Shown: positions 52,794-63,440, counted from the stretch's first letter. The stretch is DNA of 64,000 bases from Candidatus Bathyarchaeia archaeon (GCA_049516875.1 JBEKSS010000011.1:1-64000), one strand, 5' to 3'. Notes: generated by a model from the letters alone, not told the origin. Numbers and translations: made by a program.

Positions 52794-53030
52794 GCACACG
52801 ATGAAAGCTTGGCTTTTGACGCGTAGGCGAAACAGGCGAGGTCGCAATCTGGAAACCTGCTCATGCCCTGCGGGCGCCCCTTGAGCTTGGTGATTTTCGT
52901 TCGCGATGGTTGCTTTTGTTTCTGTGTTCTTGAGCGCAATGTTAATTAACACCTTGATCATGATTAGATGATGCTACTTCCTTGCGAAGTAATTCCGTGC
53001 CGCATTTAGGTTTTGGGGAGACCATTGAAA

Positions 53031-53672
53031 ATGGCAAACAACAATGATGTGATAGACAAGCTAGCGTTGAAAGGAACCACGACAATTGGCGTCGTCTGCA
53101 AAGACGGGGTAATATTGGCGTCGGACACGCGGGTAACCATGGGTTTCTACGTGGCTCACAAACACGGGAAAAAAGTCTACCAGATAGACGACCACTTGGC
53201 CATGACGATTGCTGGAAGTGTTGCCGATGCTCAGAGGGCTGTCGACATACTCACTGCTAATGCACACCTTTACAGGATGAACATGGGCAGGCCTTTGCCC
53301 GTGAACTCTGCTGCAAGGTTCTTGGCGAATCTCCTGTTTTCAGCCAGGTACGTGCCTCTCTTGGCACAGGTTCTAGTGGGCGGTGTGGATGACACTGGGC
53401 CGCACGTGTTCGCGATAGATCCCTTCGGTAGTCTGACAGAGGAGAAATACGTTTCTACGGGTTCAGGATCGCCAGTGGCTTACGGCATTCTAGAGGACAA
53501 GTACCGGGAGGGCGCGGCTGTAAAGGAAATGTTGCCCGTGATTGTCAAGGCTGTTAATGCTTCCATGAAGCGTGACTCGGCGAGTGGAGACAGTTTCAAC
53601 GTTGCTGTGATTGATGAGAAGGGCTACAGGGATTTGACTGACAAGGAGAAGAAGCAGCTTCTAGCCGATTGA
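53031..53672 (+). CDS. psmB: Proteasome beta subunit
   Basis: KG/TTTIG propeptide junction, GSVADAQ, STGSGS. Confidence 0.96.
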   Translation: MANNNDVIDKLALKGTTTIGVVCKDGVILASDTRVTMGFYVAHKHGKKVYQIDDHLAMTIAGSVADAQRAVDILTANAHLYRMNMGRPLPVNSAARFLANLLFSARYVPLLAQVLVGGVDDTGPHVFAIDPFGSLTEEKYVSTGSGSPVAYGILEDKYREGAAVKEMLPVIVKAVNASMKRDSASGDSFNVAVIDEKGYRDLTDKEKKQLLAD

Positions 53673-53685
53673 GGAAGTTAGAACG

Positions 53686-55602
53686 GTGCAGGACTCGGGT
53701 AGGGAAAAGATAGAAATCAGTCAGTACATTCTGGGGCATGTTCCGAAAGAAGCTGAGGTGACGAGAATAGAGTACGAAGCCTCAACGCTTGCCGTGTACA
53801 CCAAGAGGCCTGAGGTGCTCGTTGAGCAGAGCAGTGTCATCGCGAACATAGTTAACGTCATAAGGAAACGGATAGTCATCCGTTCTGATCCCTCGGTCAG
53901 GCTTCAGGAAGCCGAGGCTGAAAAGATCGCGAAGGACATAATCTCGCCTGAAGCAGAGGTGACGGACATAAACTTTGACCCCAGCCTGGGCGAGATAATA
54001 ATCGACGCGAAGAAGCCTGGGCTTGTCATAGGCAAGAACGGGGCGGTTCTGCAGGAGATCATCAGGCGGACTAAGTGGCGACCGCACGTTCTGAGGAGCC
54101 CACCGCTGAAGTCCAAGATAGTTACTCACATGCGTCACTATCTGCACTCGGAAAGCAAGGAGAGAGAGCGGATACTGCGCACTGTGGGGGAAAGGATTTT
54201 CAGGCCTAAGGCTTTTGAGGTGGGGGACCTCAGGATTACGGCGCTCGGCGGCTTTCAGGAAGTTGGAAGGTCTGCGATTCTTGTGCAGACCCGGGAGAGC
54301 AGCGTACTCTTGGACTGCGGAATAAACCCAGGTTCGTCGAGACCGTTTGAGGCTTTTCCAAGGCTTGACAATCCCGCGTTTCAGCTTGAGTCTCTGGACG
54401 CCGTTATCGTGAGCCATGCTCATCTGGACCATTGCGGTCTGATACCTTTCTTGTACAAGTATGGCTATGACGGCCCGATTTACTGTTCAGCGCCGACTTC
54501 GAACTTGATGACGTTGCTTCAACTGGATTATTTGGACGTGGCTGGCAAGCAGGGTGTGACACCTTATTATGATCAGAAGGACGTTCGTGAGTCAGTGTTG
54601 CACACGCTTCCTTTGCGGTTTGGTGTTGTCACTGACATCGCTCCTGACGTTCGGTTGACCTTGCACAACGCTGGTCACATCTTGGGTTCTGCGATGGTTC
54701 ATCTGCACATAGGCGAAGGCTTGCACAACATTGTTTACACTGGTGATTACAAGTTTTCGCGGACGATGCTTCTGGAGGGGGCGACAACCGAGTTTCCGAG
54801 GGTTGAGACGGTGATTACCGAGAGCACCTACGGTGGGCCGGATGATGTTATGCCTTCGCGGATTGAGGCTGAAGAGCGGTTGGCGGCTGTCGTGAACGAG
54901 ACTTTGGACCGCAAGGGCAAGGTTTTGATTCCGGTGCCGGCTGTGGGCAGGGCGCAGGAGATTATGCTCGTCCTTGACGATTACATGCGGCGCGGAATCA
55001 TGAAGGAGGCTCCTGTTTTCATTGAAGGAATGATTTCTGAGGCCACGGCGATTCACACGGCTTACCCGGAGTATCTGGGCAGAGAGGTTCGCAACAGCAT
55101 ACTTCACGATGGCGTTAACCCTTTCCAGTCGGATTACTTCACGATTGTGGAGCATCCGAGCGTCAGGCAGGAGATAATCGAGGGCGAGCCGTGTATAGTA
55201 ATGGCTACTTCCGGAATGCTTGAGGGTGGCCCTGTGATTGAATACTTCAAGAGCTTGGCGGATAACGAGAACAACTCGATAGTTTTTGTGAGTTATCAGA
55301 TTGAGGGCACGATGGGTAGAAGGGTGCAGAAGGGCTTGAACGAGGTGGCTTTGATGACTGCTGAAGGCAAGATGGACGTTATTAAGGTCAGGCTGCGTAC
55401 GGAGTCGATAGAAGGCTTTTCGGGGCACAGTGACAGGCGGCAGATATTCAATTACGTGACGCATTTGCAGCCGAAGCCTGAGAGGGTGGTTGTGTGTCAC
55501 GGTGAGAGGGCCAAGTGTTTGAGCATGGCTGATTTCATTGAGAGAAGATGTGAAGTTCAGACTCTTGTTCCAGCGGTGATGGAGACGTTTAGGCTGCTGT
55601 AG
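53686..55602 (+). CDS. aCPSF1/FttA beta-CASP ribonuclease with KH domains
   Basis: KH domains, HAHLDH, AGHILGS, FSGHSD. Confidence 0.95.
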   Translation: MQDSGREKIEISQYILGHVPKEAEVTRIEYEASTLAVYTKRPEVLVEQSSVIANIVNVIRKRIVIRSDPSVRLQEAEAEKIAKDIISPEAEVTDINFDPSLGEIIIDAKKPGLVIGKNGAVLQEIIRRTKWRPHVLRSPPLKSKIVTHMRHYLHSESKERERILRTVGERIFRPKAFEVGDLRITALGGFQEVGRSAILVQTRESSVLLDCGINPGSSRPFEAFPRLDNPAFQLESLDAVIVSHAHLDHCGLIPFLYKYGYDGPIYCSAPTSNLMTLLQLDYLDVAGKQGVTPYYDQKDVRESVLHTLPLRFGVVTDIAPDVRLTLHNAGHILGSAMVHLHIGEGLHNIVYTGDYKFSRTMLLEGATTEFPRVETVITESTYGGPDDVMPSRIEAEERLAAVVNETLDRKGKVLIPVPAVGRAQEIMLVLDDYMRRGIMKEAPVFIEGMISEATAIHTAYPEYLGREVRNSILHDGVNPFQSDYFTIVEHPSVRQEIIEGEPCIVMATSGMLEGGPVIEYFKSLADNENNSIVFVSYQIEGTMGRRVQKGLNEVALMTAEGKMDVIKVRLRTESIEGFSGHSDRRQIFNYVTHLQPKPERVVVCHGERAKCLSMADFIERRCEVQTLVPAVMETFRLL

Positions 55603-55948
55603 GTATAGGCTCGTTGGAGACGGACGTTTTTTCTCGCCAGATTTTCACGTTTGGAGGGCAGATTACGACTCTTTCTTCTCCGAGTCTTGCGATGTCTCCT
55701 CCAACGGATTCAGCGAACTCGCTTAGCTCGTTCACGGCGCGTTTGACGTCGTCGATGCTTTTGTTCGCAAGAGGAGTTATCCTGAGGATGAGAATGTTTC
55801 CTGAGTTCACCTCGGCCTTCACCGAGTCGATGTCAGACAGTTCACGGAGAGGCATGGCTTTCAGGTAGGCTTTGCCAGAACCCTCTTTGACGTCGGCTTC
55901 TTTCTCGTCCTTTTTGGACTTGCGGAGTAATCCTCCTAATCCTGGCAA
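55589..55948 (-). CDS. sepF: SepF-like protein
   Basis: GNILIL...GGDIARLGEERVVICP. Confidence 0.85.
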   Translation of the reverse strand: MPGLGGLLRKSKKDEKEADVKEGSGKAYLKAMPLRELSDIDSVKAEVNSGNILILRITPLANKSIDDVKRAVNELSEFAESVGGDIARLGEERVVICPPNVKIWREKTSVSNEPIPTAA

Positions 55949-56175
55949 GCTTCTCCTCTCTTATCCTGTATTTGGCTTTCAAGAGTTTAAGCGTTTCCTA
56001 GTCTAACGTCTGAACTGTTAGTGTGAATTGACTATTAAAGTGTTCTAGAATTCCATGTTTGCAAAGGTAAACCTTGGGCGTTCTTGATGGATGGGAAGGA
56101 AAGAAAATGGTTTGCTGTGCGCTATTTTTGGTGCTCCGAATGTTGACAAATGAACGGTGCATGTTGGCGTGTGAG

Positions 56176-56363
56176 GCCTTGTGTTTGAGTGCTCAATCCG
56201 TGATTTCTTTGAGACTCAAAACATTGTTGAAGCATGTTGGTTCCGTGCTTTTTTTACTCAATTCCGCGGGGTTTTTGAGTGTCAAAAATTTTGGGTGTTG
56301 AGTTTCTCATGTTAGAGTTGGCGTTCTTGTGTTTGAGTACTCAATCTGTGATTTTTTTGAGGC
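56176..56363 (-). repeat. Palindrome-rich non-coding repeat, copy 2 (inverted)
   Basis: Reverse complement aligns along 48111-48296. Confidence 0.88.
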
Positions 56364-56417
56364 TCCATGGGGTTTTGTTTGCCGGGTGGGTTGTTTGGGT
56401 TCGTTGTCGGTGGGTTG

Positions 56418-56927
56418 TTAGGTTGGGGTGGCGAGTTGTTTTAGTTGGTTCCAGGTTTTGTCTCCGACGTAGTGTGTGTTTTTGATGATGATGCCTTGTT
56501 TGGTGTTTTTTGCTTGTTCTGTGTCGTAGAGGGCTTCGCCGAGTGCGATTGTTTTGCCGTGTTTCTCGTCTGTTATGAGGACGAGGTCGCCTTTCTGGAA
56601 TTCGCCGCGGAACTGTCTGATTCCCGGTGCCATCACGTTTGCTCCTTTGCATATGTAGGGAACGGCTCCCATGTCAACGGTGACTTTGGGTGCTTGGTCG
56701 AGGAATTCTTTGAAAGTCAGTGTCGGGTAGATGTTTTCTCCGGTCTTGGCTAGGACTGGTTTCCCGTTTATGAGGAAGATTTCAATGGATTCTGTTTGAA
56801 CGACTTCAACGTTGACCCTGTCTTTCAATATTTGTTCCAGGTCGATTCTGAGTCTTTTCGAAGCTTTGTCCAGGAGCTCCTTTGATTCTCTTGCTTTCAA
56901 GAAATATCGTCTGTGTTTTCCAGACAT
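56418..56927 (-). CDS. DUF1947 + PUA domain RNA-binding protein
   Basis: VDMGAVPYICKGANVMAPGI, HYVGD. Confidence 0.9.
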   Translation of the reverse strand: MSGKHRRYFLKARESKELLDKASKRLRIDLEQILKDRVNVEVVQTESIEIFLINGKPVLAKTGENIYPTLTFKEFLDQAPKVTVDMGAVPYICKGANVMAPGIRQFRGEFQKGDLVLITDEKHGKTIALGEALYDTEQAKNTKQGIIIKNTHYVGDKTWNQLKQLATPT

Positions 56928-57006
56928 TCTGCTTCTCTCTTGGATAAGGTTTAAATGTGTAGGTTTAGGTATAAAAGGCATGACTTCATGGGTTTGAGGG
57001 TTTAAA

Positions 57007-57234
57007 ATGAGCGAAATGACGACTGAGATACTTGAGCAGAACTTGGGAAAGATCGTGCTCGTGAGATTGAAAGGCGGGAAAAGCCTGCGTGGAAAACTTA
57101 AAGGGTTCGATCAGCACCTGAATCTCGTTCTGGAAGAGACGGAAGACACGACGACTTCTGAAAACGTTAGGAAGCTCGGGCAGATAATCGTCCGAGGAGA
57201 CAACGTGGTTCTTATTTCACCGCCGCCAAGGTGA
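57007..57234 (+). CDS. Sm-like (Lsm/SmAP) protein
   Basis: GKLKGFDQHLNLVL, IVRGDNV. Confidence 0.95.
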   Translation: MSEMTTEILEQNLGKIVLVRLKGGKSLRGKLKGFDQHLNLVLEETEDTTTSENVRKLGQIIVRGDNVVLISPPPR

Positions 57235-57239
57235 CACCG

Positions 57240-57428
57240 TTGGGAAAGGGAACACCCTCTTTCGGCAAGCGCCAGGGTAAAAAGGTTCACATAAAGTGCA
57301 GACGATGCGGAAGAAGATCTTACAACGTGACTAAGATGCGGTGTGCCGCCTGCGGCTATGGAGCAACGCCCGTGATGAAAACGTATTCTTGGCGGACTAA
57401 AACCCTGCACAGGGAAAGAACGCGTTGA
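57240..57428 (+). CDS. rpl37e: 50S ribosomal protein L37e
   Basis: GKGTPSFGKR, CRRCG, CAACGYG; follows Lsm. Confidence 0.95.
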   Translation: MGKGTPSFGKRQGKKVHIKCRRCGRRSYNVTKMRCAACGYGATPVMKTYSWRTKTLHRERTR

Positions 57429-57795
57429 CGCGTTGTCTAAACGGTCATGATGATTTTTCAGCGACCGCTGCCTGCGTTGCCTACTTCTAGGCCGTGCTTT
57501 TCTAAGGTTGCATGATTTGCTGTTAGTGCGCGCTAGAAATGAAAGTCAAGCTGCAGCCGTAGGCAGTGGAAATAGTGGAAACGGAAAGGAATTCTGGTTT
57601 TGTCTCTGAAAACATGAACTGCATCGGCGATGCAAAATTCCACGAAAGCCTTGAGGCTCCAGCAGCAAACGAGCGTATATTCTTGTTCAGAAGCCGACTG
57701 TGAAACGATTGAGATTCATAAGCATTAAGAACACAATTGATAGTAATCGTTGTCAGTGACAAAAGACGACACGAAAATGTAAATAAGGGAGTTAT

Positions 57796-58170
57796 ATGGG
57801 CGTGACCAATCCTGCTGTAAGCATCAGTGGACTAAGAGAAAGAACTTCTGGAAAGTATGTCAAAACATCCCTTGATTTGGTGGTATTGGCAATATTAAAC
57901 GACAAACCTATGCACGGTTACAAGATAATGGCAGCCATACATACAGAATTCGGCGTTTTGCTAAGTCCGGGTACTCTTTACCCTCTTCTTCATTCGTTGG
58001 AGGAAAAGAAATTGGTAGAATCACGTGTTGAAGGGGGGAAGAAAGTTTACGAAGCCACCAACGAGGGAAGAACAAGATTCCAAAATGCGTTCACGATGTT
58101 TAAGGTATCAATGAATCAGCTGGAGAGCTTTGTAAAACGAAACGGGAAAAATTCTCTCAATGATTCGTAG
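57796..58170 (+). CDS. PadR-family transcriptional regulator
   Basis: PMHGYKI, SPGTLYPLL, KKVY. Confidence 0.9.
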   Translation: MGVTNPAVSISGLRERTSGKYVKTSLDLVVLAILNDKPMHGYKIMAAIHTEFGVLLSPGTLYPLLHSLEEKKLVESRVEGGKKVYEATNEGRTRFQNAFTMFKVSMNQLESFVKRNGKNSLNDS

Positions 58171-58211
58171 GCATTCTAGACAAATTCTATGATAAACCTT
58201 GACCTATTTTT

Positions 58212-60131
58212 TCATTGTCTCGCTTCCAAGAGAGTTATCATTTCTTTTAGTTTGTTCATCTCCTTCTCGGTATGTCTGTACGGTGTTTCTTCAAGTCTCT
58301 TTACTGTTTCCGCAATCTCTCTTCTCTCCTCGCTGGATGCTTTGTCACCCAATCCTTTTTCTACTGCAGAGGCCAATGTCCTGGCTTGGCTTACCCTTTT
58401 CACCTTCATGGTCATTCCGTTGGTCTGCTCTACCAACATGTCAATGTAGTCTTTGATTTTGTGAGCATTACTGCTATTCAACGTCCCCTCAAGCCTGCCT
58501 ATAGTTTCTTCCAGAGTCCCTTTTTCCTTTTCAGTGATTTTCCCGGTTACTTCTTCTATCACTTTCTTCGCCTCATAAATCACATTCTTTGCCCGGCAAC
58601 GGATTTCGATGTTCTCTTTTCTCTTTTCGTCTAAATCGTTAAACTTGGTTGCTTCGATGATCATCCTGGTGATTTCTTCTGCCAACAGCGCTGTCGACTT
58701 TAATACTTCAATTGTTTCTTTTTTCCCAGTTTCAAGAATCTCGGCAGAGACGCCCAGTATGCCATCAGCATCAATTTTGAAGGTAACTTCGACTTTCTGT
58801 TCATATCTGGGCGCTGGCAAAATCCCTTCTAGCTTAAACAAACCCAGTGACATGTTGTCCTTCGCCATCTCCCTTTCTCCTTGTAGAACGTGGATCATCA
58901 TTGAAGTCTGGTCATCTTCTTCCGTTGCAAAAACCATACATGCCTCGGTTGGAATTGTTGTATTCCTCTTGATCAATCTAGTAAATATTCCACCAGACGT
59001 CTCGACGCCTAAAGACAGAGGAGCAACATCCAGCAAGAGCATATCTCTCATTTCACCTTTCAGAACGCTTGCCTGTATACAAGCCCCAATAGCAACAATC
59101 CCCATCGGATCTATGCCCCTCTCAGGTTCCAATCTCGAGAAGAAATCTTTGAAGCATCTTCGGACTATTGGCATTCTAGTTGGTCCGCCCACGAGAACAA
59201 GTCTATCTATATCTTGAGAACTAAGGCCGGAATCTTTCAGGGCTTGTCCCAATGGATATTGGAGTCTATCCAGTTCAGGCTTTATGAGTTCCTCTAGCTT
59301 GTCTCGTGCTAGAACAATGCTCGGGTTAATTTCTGTCCCTTCTATGTTGATCTGAGTCTTCACGGTTGTTGAACGCCTACTGGACAGGTGAATCTTGGCT
59401 AGTTCACCAGCGTCTCTGAGCTTATTCAATATTCTTTGGTCATTTCGTACGTCAACGTTGTATCTTTCTTCGACTTCCTTGACGAGGTAATCCAGAATTC
59501 TGTCGTCCATGTCTTTACCGCCGAGATGGGTGTCTCCGCTTGTAGATAGGACTCTGAAGATTCCGTTATTCATTTGCAGGATCGTCACATCAAAGGTTCC
59601 AGAGCCCAAATCCAACACCGCGATTTTCAGGTTTTGACCGATCTTGTCTAGACCGTAAGCTAACGAGGCTGCCGTTGGTTCGCTGATAACTCGCAAAACC
59701 TCGAACCCTGCTTTTTCTCCGGCCTCTTTTGTGGCGTTTCTTTGGTTGTTATTGAAATATGCGGGGGTTGAGATTACCGCTTTGTCTATTTTCTCTCCCA
59801 AGTATATTTCAGCATCTTTTTTTATCTTCTTTATTATGAGAGCAGAAATTTCTTGAGAGGTGTACTTGTGACCATCTATTTCTACAGTGTAGTTTGTGCC
59901 GATTTTTCTCTTGATCCATCGTATCGTTCTGTCAGGATGAATGTAAGCGTATGTCTGAGCGTTTTTCCCGATGGCTATTTGGCCATCTTCTTTGAACGCT
60001 ACGACAGAGGGAAACATTTTTCCATATGGGGTCGCTCCTTCAGATGCTGGAACAAGCTTTACTTTACCATCCTTCAGCACAGCTGCAGCAGAGTTAGTAG
60101 TTCCAAGGTCTATTCCTATTGTTCGACCCAT
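58212..60131 (-). CDS. dnaK: Hsp70/DnaK-family chaperone, last gene of the gvp operon
   Basis: GIDLGTTNS, TPAYFN, EPTAA, DLGSGTFD, LLLDVAPLSLG. Confidence 0.93.
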   Translation of the reverse strand: MGRTIGIDLGTTNSAAAVLKDGKVKLVPASEGATPYGKMFPSVVAFKEDGQIAIGKNAQTYAYIHPDRTIRWIKRKIGTNYTVEIDGHKYTSQEISALIIKKIKKDAEIYLGEKIDKAVISTPAYFNNNQRNATKEAGEKAGFEVLRVISEPTAASLAYGLDKIGQNLKIAVLDLGSGTFDVTILQMNNGIFRVLSTSGDTHLGGKDMDDRILDYLVKEVEERYNVDVRNDQRILNKLRDAGELAKIHLSSRRSTTVKTQINIEGTEINPSIVLARDKLEELIKPELDRLQYPLGQALKDSGLSSQDIDRLVLVGGPTRMPIVRRCFKDFFSRLEPERGIDPMGIVAIGACIQASVLKGEMRDMLLLDVAPLSLGVETSGGIFTRLIKRNTTIPTEACMVFATEEDDQTSMMIHVLQGEREMAKDNMSLGLFKLEGILPAPRYEQKVEVTFKIDADGILGVSAEILETGKKETIEVLKSTALLAEEITRMIIEATKFNDLDEKRKENIEIRCRAKNVIYEAKKVIEEVTGKITEKEKGTLEETIGRLEGTLNSSNAHKIKDYIDMLVEQTNGMTMKVKRVSQARTLASAVEKGLGDKASSEERREIAETVKRLEETPYRHTEKEMNKLKEMITLLEARQ

Positions 60132-60157
60132 TCCGATCTGCCATCCCGGAAGATAGC

Positions 60158-61159
60158 TCAGTAACCTTTCTCGTGTATAAGGAGAGCTTCTTCGACCTTG
60201 GATTTGTCAAGAGAGCAGAGATAATGTTCGCAATACTTTGTCAGCAATTCGTGTGCGTTCTTGAGCTTCTTGAATTTCTCTTCAGCAAGAGGGTCGTCTG
60301 GGTGGAGGTCTGGGTGACATTCGCGCGCGAGTAGATTATATGCTGAGTTTACTTCGGACATGCTTGTTTCCTGACTAAGATCCAAGATTCTTCGTGCTTC
60401 TTCTATAGCCTTGAAATCTATCTTTTTCATTTCAATGTTTACGAAATTGTATGGCGGCAAAGGACTGATGCTCATGAATTCAAGTTTCCCCTTGTACTTT
60501 CTTTCCAATTCCTCTAATCCATCATTAAATTCTTGTTCTTGTCTCTTGTCGACCAAAAAAGAAGCGCTCATTAAGGTGTCTTGATCAAGGATTTTGCTTT
60601 CTTTAAACCCTTCCGCCAAATTCTTCAAAGCGATTTCTATATTCTCCAAGTATTCATTCTTTTTCCTGTCTAGAGCTGACTTAACTTTCCTTCCAAGCTC
60701 AATCTTCAGTGACTGGTCGTTAATCTCCTTTATTTCTCTGCTTAATGCTCGTATTTCTTCATTTTCTTCCAGAATGGATACTAGGATCGATTTGTTCCAT
60801 GAAATCTTGACGTTGATCTGAACTTTGTGGTCTATGTTTTTCAAGATGTGCTGGAATTTCTTTCGAGCTCGTTTCAAAACGTTTCTTATCTCTGTCTCAT
60901 CTTTGGCTACAACGCCGAAACCAATGGGGATTACTGTGTGAGTCTCCATAATTTTCTGCAGTGCCTTTTCGTGGACCCCAGCTTCTTCTATGTCAATCTT
61001 GAAACTTTCAGGGACATCACTAACTGCGGTGCCAATATCTTCGTATCGAACTACAAATACCTCGCTGTTGTCAATACCAATGCAGCCGAAGCTCTCTTCA
61101 TTTGCTGATCCTACAATTCCATAGACATATTTTCTCGTCTTATCCATACTTTTCTTCAC
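60158..61159 (-). CDS. GvpL/GvpF-family protein fused to a C-terminal J-domain
   Basis: YVYGI, PLPPYNFV, then HPD-containing J-domain (ARECHPDL...EEKFKKL). Confidence 0.88.
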   Translation of the reverse strand: MKKSMDKTRKYVYGIVGSANEESFGCIGIDNSEVFVVRYEDIGTAVSDVPESFKIDIEEAGVHEKALQKIMETHTVIPIGFGVVAKDETEIRNVLKRARKKFQHILKNIDHKVQINVKISWNKSILVSILEENEEIRALSREIKEINDQSLKIELGRKVKSALDRKKNEYLENIEIALKNLAEGFKESKILDQDTLMSASFLVDKRQEQEFNDGLEELERKYKGKLEFMSISPLPPYNFVNIEMKKIDFKAIEEARRILDLSQETSMSEVNSAYNLLARECHPDLHPDDPLAEEKFKKLKNAHELLTKYCEHYLCSLDKSKVEEALLIHEKGY

Positions 61160-61749
61160 CTCATTTCATTTTTGCAATCTTTCTTGCGATTGAGCGAGGC
61201 GAGCAAGGCATTTCCAATTGCTTCCTTGAACTCTCCGATTTCTGAAACATAGACGCGGCCTACTTCGCCGCCAGTGAACTGAAAATAAAGTTCATCACGC
61301 TCTGTTTTGAAGTGAGTTTCCTTTTGCACAATAAGTCCCTCTATCTTATCTAAAGGTGCCTCAAAAACAATCTCGGTAGGCTCTTTCCTCCAAAGGAAGA
61401 GCCTGTTGTTCGTAAGATACCATAGGCCTGGCTTCCACGTGTTCACGATGCCTTGATTGCTCCAGACCGATCCAAAGGCTTTGATTACTATTTCCTCATC
61501 CATGGTTAGCGGCACTGCCACTTTTTTCGCGTATTCTTTCTCATACCATTCCCTTGTGCGCTTGTCCCACGCTTCCATCATCCCATATTCAATCATGGTC
61601 TCTATACCTGCGATTGCCGCCTTCAAGTTCACCCCTAACAGTGGAACGCCTGCAATAGATATGATCAGGTCTGCGTTCAGGACTAGCCCATTGTCTAACA
61701 ATTTCTGTAGAATGTCGTTGATGTCACATTCTCGGTGGCTAGGTCTCAT
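61156..61749 (-). CDS. GvpA/J/M-family protein with C-terminal PH/GRAM-like domain
   Basis: LLDNGLVLNADLIISIAGVPLL; GLWYLTNNRLF. Confidence 0.8.
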   Translation of the reverse strand: MRPSHRECDINDILQKLLDNGLVLNADLIISIAGVPLLGVNLKAAIAGIETMIEYGMMEAWDKRTREWYEKEYAKKVAVPLTMDEEIVIKAFGSVWSNQGIVNTWKPGLWYLTNNRLFLWRKEPTEIVFEAPLDKIEGLIVQKETHFKTERDELYFQFTGGEVGRVYVSEIGEFKEAIGNALLASLNRKKDCKNEMR

Positions 61750-61751
61750 TC

Positions 61752-62558
61752 TCAGATTTCCCCAAGTTTGACAAAACTAAATGGTGCCCATGGACCAGTG
61801 AAGCGAACCGCATAACCTTCTTGACCTATTTTACCGAGTGCTTGGCCGAGACCCTTGATGTTATCCTCGTGGACCAGGCAGGAAAACGCTGCAACTAGTT
61901 TCTCGTCTTTATAGTTCTCTGGTAAATGTGAAACTCTTCTCTCAATTTCCATTTCTTCAACGTGTTCTTCTATCTGGAAAGCGAACTCTTCGGCCAGTTT
62001 GGCTCGCGTTGCATTACAAGCATCGTTTAGTTTTAGTTCAAGCTTTCGACGAAAAAGGTATCCAGCTCGTTCAGGCATCTTGCTTGTTTTCTCTTTCAGT
62101 TCCCTTAGGGCTTGATCTTCAGCCAAGACTCTTTCCACTAGCCTCTCTTCGTCGGAGAAGATCTGAACCACATATTCTGCTCTTTGGCTGAGCCGTTCAA
62201 GCTCATGCTTGAATTTCTCATGGCACCTTCTCAGCCAGTCTTTGACGGTAATGTCACTACCCTTGACAATGGTGTCAAAAGAAAAAGGAATTACAGTGCC
62301 AAAATGCTCTGTGGCTCCATCGACTACATCATTGTGACTTAGAACCCACTCCATGACTTTTTTTGCGTCCTTTGACTGGTATGGCTGGCTTTGACAAGCA
62401 TGCACTACTGCTGCAACATCCTCGTGGGGAACTGTGTAGACTTCGGCTTTCGCTATTCCTATGTTACCCAAGCTCAGCTTGGCGGCGCCGTTGACGACAC
62501 AGTATACGTATCTTCCTTCTGCAAGCTCAGTTTCTCCGAGGAGCTTTGTTTCTTTCAT
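61752..62558 (-). CDS. GvpL/GvpF-family protein
   Basis: GRYVYCV, TVIPFSF, TGPWAPFSFV. Confidence 0.88.
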   Translation of the reverse strand: MKETKLLGETELAEGRYVYCVVNGAAKLSLGNIGIAKAEVYTVPHEDVAAVVHACQSQPYQSKDAKKVMEWVLSHNDVVDGATEHFGTVIPFSFDTIVKGSDITVKDWLRRCHEKFKHELERLSQRAEYVVQIFSDEERLVERVLAEDQALRELKEKTSKMPERAGYLFRRKLELKLNDACNATRAKLAEEFAFQIEEHVEEMEIERRVSHLPENYKDEKLVAAFSCLVHEDNIKGLGQALGKIGQEGYAVRFTGPWAPFSFVKLGEI

Positions 62559-62860
62559 GCTTTTTTCATCTCCTTTTCCCATCTTTCTGGGTTTAGAAAT
62601 ACGTCGGTTACTTCAGAAAGGCCATCAATTACAGAATCTACGACATCTTGAATGTCGTTCTCTTTCTTTATGTGGTTCAATGCCTCGTTAAGGTCGGCTA
62701 GGGCTTCGCTGAGCCTTGCTTCTTCTTCAGCAGTCAACCTACCACTCTCAATTCGCCTTAGGGCTTGCCTCTCAAGAGCTTCTTCTATTATTTCAGCTAG
62801 AGCAACTACGAGCCCTAACAAGCCTTGTTTGAGGTTGCCTTCATCAACCTTGATTACCAT
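62555..62860 (-). CDS. gvpK: Gas vesicle protein K
   Basis: GLLGLVVALAEII...ERQALRRIESGRL. Confidence 0.88.
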   Translation of the reverse strand: MVIKVDEGNLKQGLLGLVVALAEIIEEALERQALRRIESGRLTAEEEARLSEALADLNEALNHIKKENDIQDVVDSVIDGLSEVTDVFLNPERWEKEMKKA

Positions 62861-63410
62861 GTCTTCTCACCGCTTTTTTCAGTACAACTTCTAAAACGCC
62901 GTTGTTAACTGTCTTTTTCATATTTCCTTCAACAGCGCTTGTAAGCAAGACTTCTTGATGATATTTTTTTCCAGCTATTATGAGGAAACTGTCTTTGATT
63001 TCAAGTTTGATGTCTTCTTCTTGCAGGGGTATTGAAGCTGTTACCCTTAGAGTATCCTTTTCGTCGTGGAGGTCGAATGATTTGCCGTTGGGTATATATT
63101 CTGTTAGTTCTTCGTTCAGCCACCACGAAAAAGTGATTTTTTCGCCTGTTAATGGATCAAGTTTGGAAGGCTCAAAAATGATGAGAGGCTGCCCCGTAGT
63201 CTCTTGAACCTTTGGATTAATGACCTCCCTTATTTTGACCAAGACTTCCATGTCGGAAGAGGCATTGATAAGATCTGCCAGTTTTCTGATCCCTGCATGT
63301 CTCTCTTTTAGAAGATAAATTAGGATCTGGACGCTCTTCTGGTCTAGCGGGTTCATGGCTTGATTCGTGTTCGTCGAGTCTAAGTGTGAACTTGATGGTT
63401 TCCAAGTCAT
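62844..63410 (-). CDS. wHTH + Hsp20-like (GvpH-like) protein
   Basis: C-terminal NNGVLEVVL alpha-crystallin motif. Confidence 0.7.
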   Translation of the reverse strand: MTWKPSSSHLDSTNTNQAMNPLDQKSVQILIYLLKERHAGIRKLADLINASSDMEVLVKIREVINPKVQETTGQPLIIFEPSKLDPLTGEKITFSWWLNEELTEYIPNGKSFDLHDEKDTLRVTASIPLQEEDIKLEIKDSFLIIAGKKYHQEVLLTSAVEGNMKKTVNNGVLEVVLKKAVRRHGNQG

Positions 63411-63440
63411 TCTTGTCGCCTCAGTTGGCTAGAGCCTCAA

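Noticed and set aside
54592-55500. 302-aa antisense ORF
   Set aside because: Lies wholly opposite the well-conserved aCPSF1 gene; shadow ORF
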